A stretch of 64,000 bases of DNA from Bacillus sp. (in: firmicutes) (lineage in GTDB: Bacteria > Bacillota > Clostridia > Lachnospirales > Lachnospiraceae), in contig JAMPCN010000005.1 in NCBI GenBank assembly GCA_023666125.1, positions 30 through 64,029 of the forward strand. Reading direction: 5' to 3'. Positions 59,052 through 64,000 of this stretch are shown one piece after another. Position 1 is the stretch's first letter. The number at the start of each line of letters is the position of its first letter. The position numbers were made by a program, and so were the translations under genes. Under the pieces are notes generated by a model. The model saw only the letters and a program-made list of their open reading frames with translations, was not told the origin of the DNA and ran no database searches.

Positions 59052-59239
59052 AGTATTCTGGATGTTGGAAACTGATTTAATTCTGGTTAAGTTTCACTGG
59101 CTTGCATCACTGTCTGTTATTTGTCAAGCACCTGCCACATGGACGATGCGACGCAGGCTTGATTAATGATAGCAATACGAGCAAGCTTGCGGAGGCAGAA
59201 TTGGGTTATATACAAGCAGTTTCATAAGACCAGAATATT
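59052..59239 (+). ncRNA. Candidate rod-shaped structured RNA
   Basis: Nested complementary blocks with several G-U pairs favouring the + strand. Confidence 0.4.
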
Positions 59240-59600
59240 CAACTTATTAATATGAATTTTCAAAATAATAGTTGTAAATCAACTGTATTCTATTATTATA
59301 TATTTGATTGATGACTCCTGATTATCAATATTGCCTTTATTGCAAAATCCAACGGATAACTTTCAATTATCCATCAAATATAACCACTTTCCCAAAATGT
59401 AATACATTATAATTATACCCCACTTCTCCCATCACCGCCCTGCAATTTTTGCCCATTTTCCTGCTTTTTTTGCCCCAATCGACATTTTTCCCATGTTTTA
59501 CCCCATCCGCCATACCCTATGCGCAAAAAGACGTATGGTTTTTATGCCATACGCCTACGCCAACACACCTCATAAATACAAGACTAATTTTGAAAAACTT

Positions 59601-60614
59601 TCATACCTGCAGCCACTTCATCCTCCCATCCTCCACAAACTTTTTCCGCGACGGATTCCCCTCCGCCCTGTAGATTTTTCTGTTCCCAACATCATAAATA
59701 ACCGACCATACCGTGTCCGCTCCCTTACTTCTTTCATACTGGCACATAAAACCATATTTCCCCGATAAAATATCCCTTGCCAGTTCAAGGGAAAAACAGT
59801 CTTTATTTTCCCTTAATGCATGACAGGCAACGGCATATCTTTCATCAGAACGCCAGTTATCTATGTTATGGTTATTATACTCTTTCATTGCCTGAGAAAC
59901 GAAACCGTTCGTGGCTGCAACAAAATTATTGCTCCCCTTTGGTTTTATGACCTCAACATGATTGCAGTTACATTCTATCACCGCCAAATTTCCGGTGCGG
60001 TCCATAACGGTCAGCGTTTGCTGGGATGCAATGGGCAGCATATGCAAACTGTCAACCGCCTCATCGACAGTTTTGCACTTTTCCAGCAGATAACGCACCA
60101 ACATACCGGCGTTCAATCCTGCGCGCACAATCTTAGGATATATAAAGGTAAGCCCGACGGCTAAACCGTATTCATTTATCCCGTCCTCCATTTCTATAAA
60201 TGCAGTCGTATTACCATTAAAGCCATATACCCCGTCTAATCGATACAGGCAGTTCATATACAGCTTTTCCAGCGCGGTAAGAAAATCACTGTTCCTGCCG
60301 AAAATAAGATTGTTTTTATCTTTAAAGGCAAAACAGGTGCAATGATTCTGAAAAGCAAAGCAATACATACTAAGTAGAAACGTACAAAAATCTTCATAAC
60401 TGCTGTTTTGTCCGTCTGCCAGTCCCCTGATTTCCTCTAAGATTTCCGGATAATATTTCTCATAAACAGGCAGGCATTCTCCTGCAAATGCCTTACGTTC
60501 CTCCGTTATTGCAAAAGTAGGGTTTTGGTCTATATGTTTCCCATTTTTATATAACATGCTTCCCCAGTGGTATCCCGCTTCATAATGACTTTTATTAAAT
60601 CTTCCATGATACAT
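59601..60614 (-). CDS. Peptidase C45 / acyl-CoA:6-APA acyltransferase family (Ntn hydrolase)
   Basis: EEIRGLADG, HCTCF, GRNSD, DGINEYGL. Confidence 0.88.
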   Translation of the reverse strand: MYHGRFNKSHYEAGYHWGSMLYKNGKHIDQNPTFAITEERKAFAGECLPVYEKYYPEILEEIRGLADGQNSSYEDFCTFLLSMYCFAFQNHCTCFAFKDKNNLIFGRNSDFLTALEKLYMNCLYRLDGVYGFNGNTTAFIEMEDGINEYGLAVGLTFIYPKIVRAGLNAGMLVRYLLEKCKTVDEAVDSLHMLPIASQQTLTVMDRTGNLAVIECNCNHVEVIKPKGSNNFVAATNGFVSQAMKEYNNHNIDNWRSDERYAVACHALRENKDCFSLELARDILSGKYGFMCQYERSKGADTVWSVIYDVGNRKIYRAEGNPSRKKFVEDGRMKWLQV

Positions 60615-60856
60615 TTTCTTTATTCCTCCTACTGTTTTTTGAGTAGGCGCCCGCTCTGATTAAATGCTATCAAAATAAAAAATTTAAGTCAATGAAATAA
60701 AATTAAACCGCTCCCATACAAGTAAAAAATGCCTCATCACACCCCGCATCGGTAAAATACGACATTTAGATTGCTTTCAGGAAAAAAACGTAGTATTCTA
60801 TATATCAATAAGCATCGGCTTAAAAACATATAATATTACGATAAGGAAATTTTACC

Positions 60857-61762
60857 ATGATCGAACCTTTTCACATTATCAGCGACGGTTCCTGCGATTT
60901 ACCCGTGGAACTGACACAGGAAAAAAATATTACGGTAGTGCCTTTTTATGTATCTTTTGATGATGAACATTATTATAAGGAAAATGTAGAAATCGGCGTC
61001 CGGGATTTTTATCAACAGATGGTGGATAACAAAGGCGTATATCCCAAGTCCTCCATGCCCTCTATCGAGGATTATGAACAGGCATTTTTACCCTTTGCCA
61101 AAGAAGGAACTCCCATTATCTGCATCTGTATCACTACGAAATTCAGCGGTTCTATGCAGTCCGCGCTCAATGCCCGCTCGCTTTTACGGGATAAATATCC
61201 CCAGACAGAAATTACCGTTATCGACTCTACTGTCGATACCGTTTTACAGGGGCAGTATGTACTGGAAGCGGTCAAATTACGGGATAACGGTTTTGCTTAT
61301 CAGGACGCTGTCGCACGTCTGGAAGAAATCAAAAGCACCGGCAGGATTTTCTTTACAGTCGGCAATATGGAATACTTAAAACACGGCGGACGCATCGGCA
61401 AGGTAGCCGCCCTGACGGGAAGCGTTCTGGACATCCGTCCCATCATCACGTTAAAGCAGGGCGAAATTTTCCCCTCCGGTCTCGACAGAGGGCGCAAACG
61501 CACTTTAAAGAAAGTACAGGAACTCCTTTTGAATTATTTAAGGCAAAACAGTCTGGGCATAGACTGTTACAGCCTTGCGGTCGGTTATGGCTATGATATG
61601 GAAGAGGGCGTTATGTTCCGCGACCAGGCACTATCCATTCTACACGAAAACGGCTACGCCATCGACGAAATAGCCCTCTACCAAATCGGCGCTACGATTG
61701 GCGTACACACCGGACCTTATCCGCTGGGATTCGGTATTATTGAAAAAGGGATTCATACTTAA
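60857..61762 (+). CDS. DegV family fatty acid-binding protein
   Basis: ISDGSCDL, PKSSMP, FSGS, LKHGGRIG, IGVHTGP. Confidence 0.93.
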   Translation: MIEPFHIISDGSCDLPVELTQEKNITVVPFYVSFDDEHYYKENVEIGVRDFYQQMVDNKGVYPKSSMPSIEDYEQAFLPFAKEGTPIICICITTKFSGSMQSALNARSLLRDKYPQTEITVIDSTVDTVLQGQYVLEAVKLRDNGFAYQDAVARLEEIKSTGRIFFTVGNMEYLKHGGRIGKVAALTGSVLDIRPIITLKQGEIFPSGLDRGRKRTLKKVQELLLNYLRQNSLGIDCYSLAVGYGYDMEEGVMFRDQALSILHENGYAIDEIALYQIGATIGVHTGPYPLGFGIIEKGIHT

Positions 61763-61788
61763 ACTACAATTTATTACGGAGGATAAAA

Positions 61789-63258
61789 ATGAATTGGAAA
61801 CAATTATTGTCATCACAAACACAAGTACCAAGAGATGAAGAACCGGAAGAACTCAAACGCTACTCAATAAATGATTTAGAAAAAGATTATAATGCAATCG
61901 TTTCCAGTTCTGCATTTCGCAGGTTACAGGATAAAACACAGGTATTTCCTTTGGATAAAAGTGATTTTGTAAGAACGCGCCTGACGCATTCCATGGAAGT
62001 ATCTACAATCGCACGACAACTGGGTCTCATGATTACCAGCGACGCCACCCAATATTTACCTGTTGCATTTCAGGAAAATAAAAATGCCGAGCGTGAAAAA
62101 ATTCCCTCCATACTGTCCTGTGCAGGATTATTACATGATATAGGCAATCCACCATTTGGACATTTTGGAGAAGTTGTTATTGGCGAATGGTTTAAAAATG
62201 AGTTTGAAAAAGAAACCTTTACTTATAATGGGGAACGCATTAAAGAACTCTTAACTCCGCAAATGCGTATGGATTTATGTCATTTTGAAGGCAATGCACA
62301 GGCATTGAGGATTCTTTCCAAAATCTCCAATAAAGAAACCGGCCATGAAATCAACCTTACAAAAGGAGTCATCAGCGCACTGATTAAATATCCGGTTGAT
62401 TCCCTGCATTATACTAACGGTTCCGACAAAGATATCCGAAAACATAAACTAGGGTATTTTTATGCCGAAACCAAAAGTTTTAATGACATAGCACGGGAAA
62501 CGGGTACACTGCTTCAAAATGGCGAAGTTGCACGTCATCCACTCGCCTATCTCATGGAAGCAGCAGATGACATTGCCTACTCAACAGCCGACCTGGAAGA
62601 TGCTTATCAAAAGGGATTATTTACATTAACCGAATTTATAGACTTCTTTGAAAAGACATTGAAAACGAAACATAAACAAGAATATGTGGATAAAGTTATC
62701 GTATTGATTAACAATTTAGAAAGTAGAATTAAGCAAATAGAAAAACAAAATACCAAATGCACAAAAGAAGATTATATGATTGCTTTCCAAAACTGGATGG
62801 ATTTTGCCAGACAATGGTTTATGTATTGTGTCGCTTTCAGTTTTTCAAAAAACTATAATAAAATTATGAGCGGAACATATAATCAAGAATTAATTGCTGA
62901 AACTTTTCATGGTGCATCTATAGAAATATTAAAAGATGCTATGAGGGAATTTGTTTATATTAACCCTGAGATTGTCAAACTGGAATTGTCCGCACAAAAA
63001 ATATTATCTGTGTTATTAAATGATTTTATTTATGCAGTACTCTATTATGATGAAAAGAACTGTAAATTGTCACAAAAAGACAAGAAACTATGCAGTTTAA
63101 TTCCAGAAAACCTGCGTAATGACTATGCAAATGCCAAAAAGAGCGACAATGACGCATATAACCTATATTTACGTTTTTTGATGATTACAGATTTTTTAAG
63201 TGGCATGACAGACTCCTATGCAAAAAATTTATATCAAGAATTAAATGGAATTCATTAA
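61789..63258 (+). CDS. dgt: Deoxyguanosinetriphosphate triphosphohydrolase (dGTPase)
   Basis: FRRLQDKTQV, RTRLTHS, HDIGNPPFGH, EGNAQ, EAADDIAY, SGMTD. Confidence 0.93.
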   Translation: MNWKQLLSSQTQVPRDEEPEELKRYSINDLEKDYNAIVSSSAFRRLQDKTQVFPLDKSDFVRTRLTHSMEVSTIARQLGLMITSDATQYLPVAFQENKNAEREKIPSILSCAGLLHDIGNPPFGHFGEVVIGEWFKNEFEKETFTYNGERIKELLTPQMRMDLCHFEGNAQALRILSKISNKETGHEINLTKGVISALIKYPVDSLHYTNGSDKDIRKHKLGYFYAETKSFNDIARETGTLLQNGEVARHPLAYLMEAADDIAYSTADLEDAYQKGLFTLTEFIDFFEKTLKTKHKQEYVDKVIVLINNLESRIKQIEKQNTKCTKEDYMIAFQNWMDFARQWFMYCVAFSFSKNYNKIMSGTYNQELIAETFHGASIEILKDAMREFVYINPEIVKLELSAQKILSVLLNDFIYAVLYYDEKNCKLSQKDKKLCSLIPENLRNDYANAKKSDNDAYNLYLRFLMITDFLSGMTDSYAKNLYQELNGIH

Positions 63259-63281
63259 AAAGTATTGACTTCAACATAACG

Positions 63282-64000
63282 GAGACTGTTTCAAGTTTTG
63301 TGTAAACTCAAAAAACTGATATAAGATATGTGAATAGTTACAAATGGGCAGAGCCGTTTTTTTTGGTTCTGCCCTTGTCTGTATTATACATGGATTTTTG
63401 CATATGTCAATCAGACCTGTATTAAATAATCCTTTTTACAGATTCCTTCCGGAAAGGCGTTCCTCAAAATATATCTCCAGCTGGGAATGTATCTGTGTCC
63501 AGTCCTGGCGGCGCCCTGTCCATTTTTTCGTGATATCCATCGTTGCAAGGTAGAGCATCTTTAACAGGCTTTCATCTGTAGGAAAGACGGTTTTCGATTT
63601 GGTTACTTTCCTTAGCTGCCTGTTGAACCCTTCTATGGCATTTGTAGTGTATATGAGCCGTCTGACCGCTTCAGGATACTTAAAATAGGTAGATAAGACC
63701 GCCCAGTTATCATGCCATGATTTGTAGATTTTGGGATACCTGGCATTCCATTTATCTTTGAAAAGTTCCAGTTCATTTAAAGCTGTTTCCTCTGTCGGTG
63801 CGGCGTATACCCGTTTTAAATCTGCCATCAGCTTTTTGATGTCTTTGTAGGAAACAAATTTCGTAGAGTTCCGGATTTGGTGGATAATGCACTGCTGGAT
63901 CTCTGTCTGCGGATAGACCGCTTCTATCGCCTGCGGGAAACCGGAAAGTCCGTCCACACAGGCTATCAGGATATCTTCCACGCCGCGGTTCTTTAAGCCG
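63282..64000 (-). mobile_element. IS256-family insertion sequence (partial)
   Basis: Terminal-repeat-like GAGACTGTTTCAAGTTTTGTGTAAACT at 63282; transposase gene runs off the window. Confidence 0.85.
63436..64000 (-). CDS. IS256-family transposase, C-terminal part
   Basis: DILIACVDGL, QQCIIHQIRNS, IYTTNAIEGFNRQLRKVTK. Confidence 0.95.
   Translation of the reverse strand, partial: GLKNRGVEDILIACVDGLSGFPQAIEAVYPQTEIQQCIIHQIRNSTKFVSYKDIKKLMADLKRVYAAPTEETALNELELFKDKWNARYPKIYKSWHDNWAVLSTYFKYPEAVRRLIYTTNAIEGFNRQLRKVTKSKTVFPTDESLLKMLYLATMDITKKWTGRRQDWTQIHSQLEIYFEERLSGRNL

Larger units (their letters stand above)
55267..59381. mobile_element. AT-rich island bounded by perfect 73-bp inverted repeats, no transposase
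   Basis: 55267-55339 is the exact reverse complement of 59309-59381. Confidence 0.75.

Overview
A 64-kb window from a motile Bacillota genome; gene content and style suggest Lachnospiraceae. It is mostly ordinary metabolic, transport, DNA-repair and two-component genes, with several accessory features. The strongest finding is a likely flagellin phase-variation switch at 2199-2978. A small tyrosine recombinase gene lies inside a segment bounded by two inverted 11-6-11 bp sites with matching spacers. The segment carries an outward-facing sigma-28/SigD-type promoter that currently points away from an apparently promoterless csrA-flagellin operon, which suggests the OFF state. Other notable items: (1) 11-bp-periodic TGATG arrays upstream of a VIT/vWA-exosortase operon and an amidase-deacetylase gene; (2) an Rpn-like gene with a nested internal start; (3) a poly-G tract in a promoter spacer; (4) an AT-rich island bounded by perfect 73-bp inverted repeats, holding an ATPase-TPR gene, an ATP-grasp gene and a ~190-nt rod-like hairpin; (5) covarying structured repeats, decayed duplications and a partial IS256. 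All calls come from reading the sequence by eye; no database search or folding program was run.
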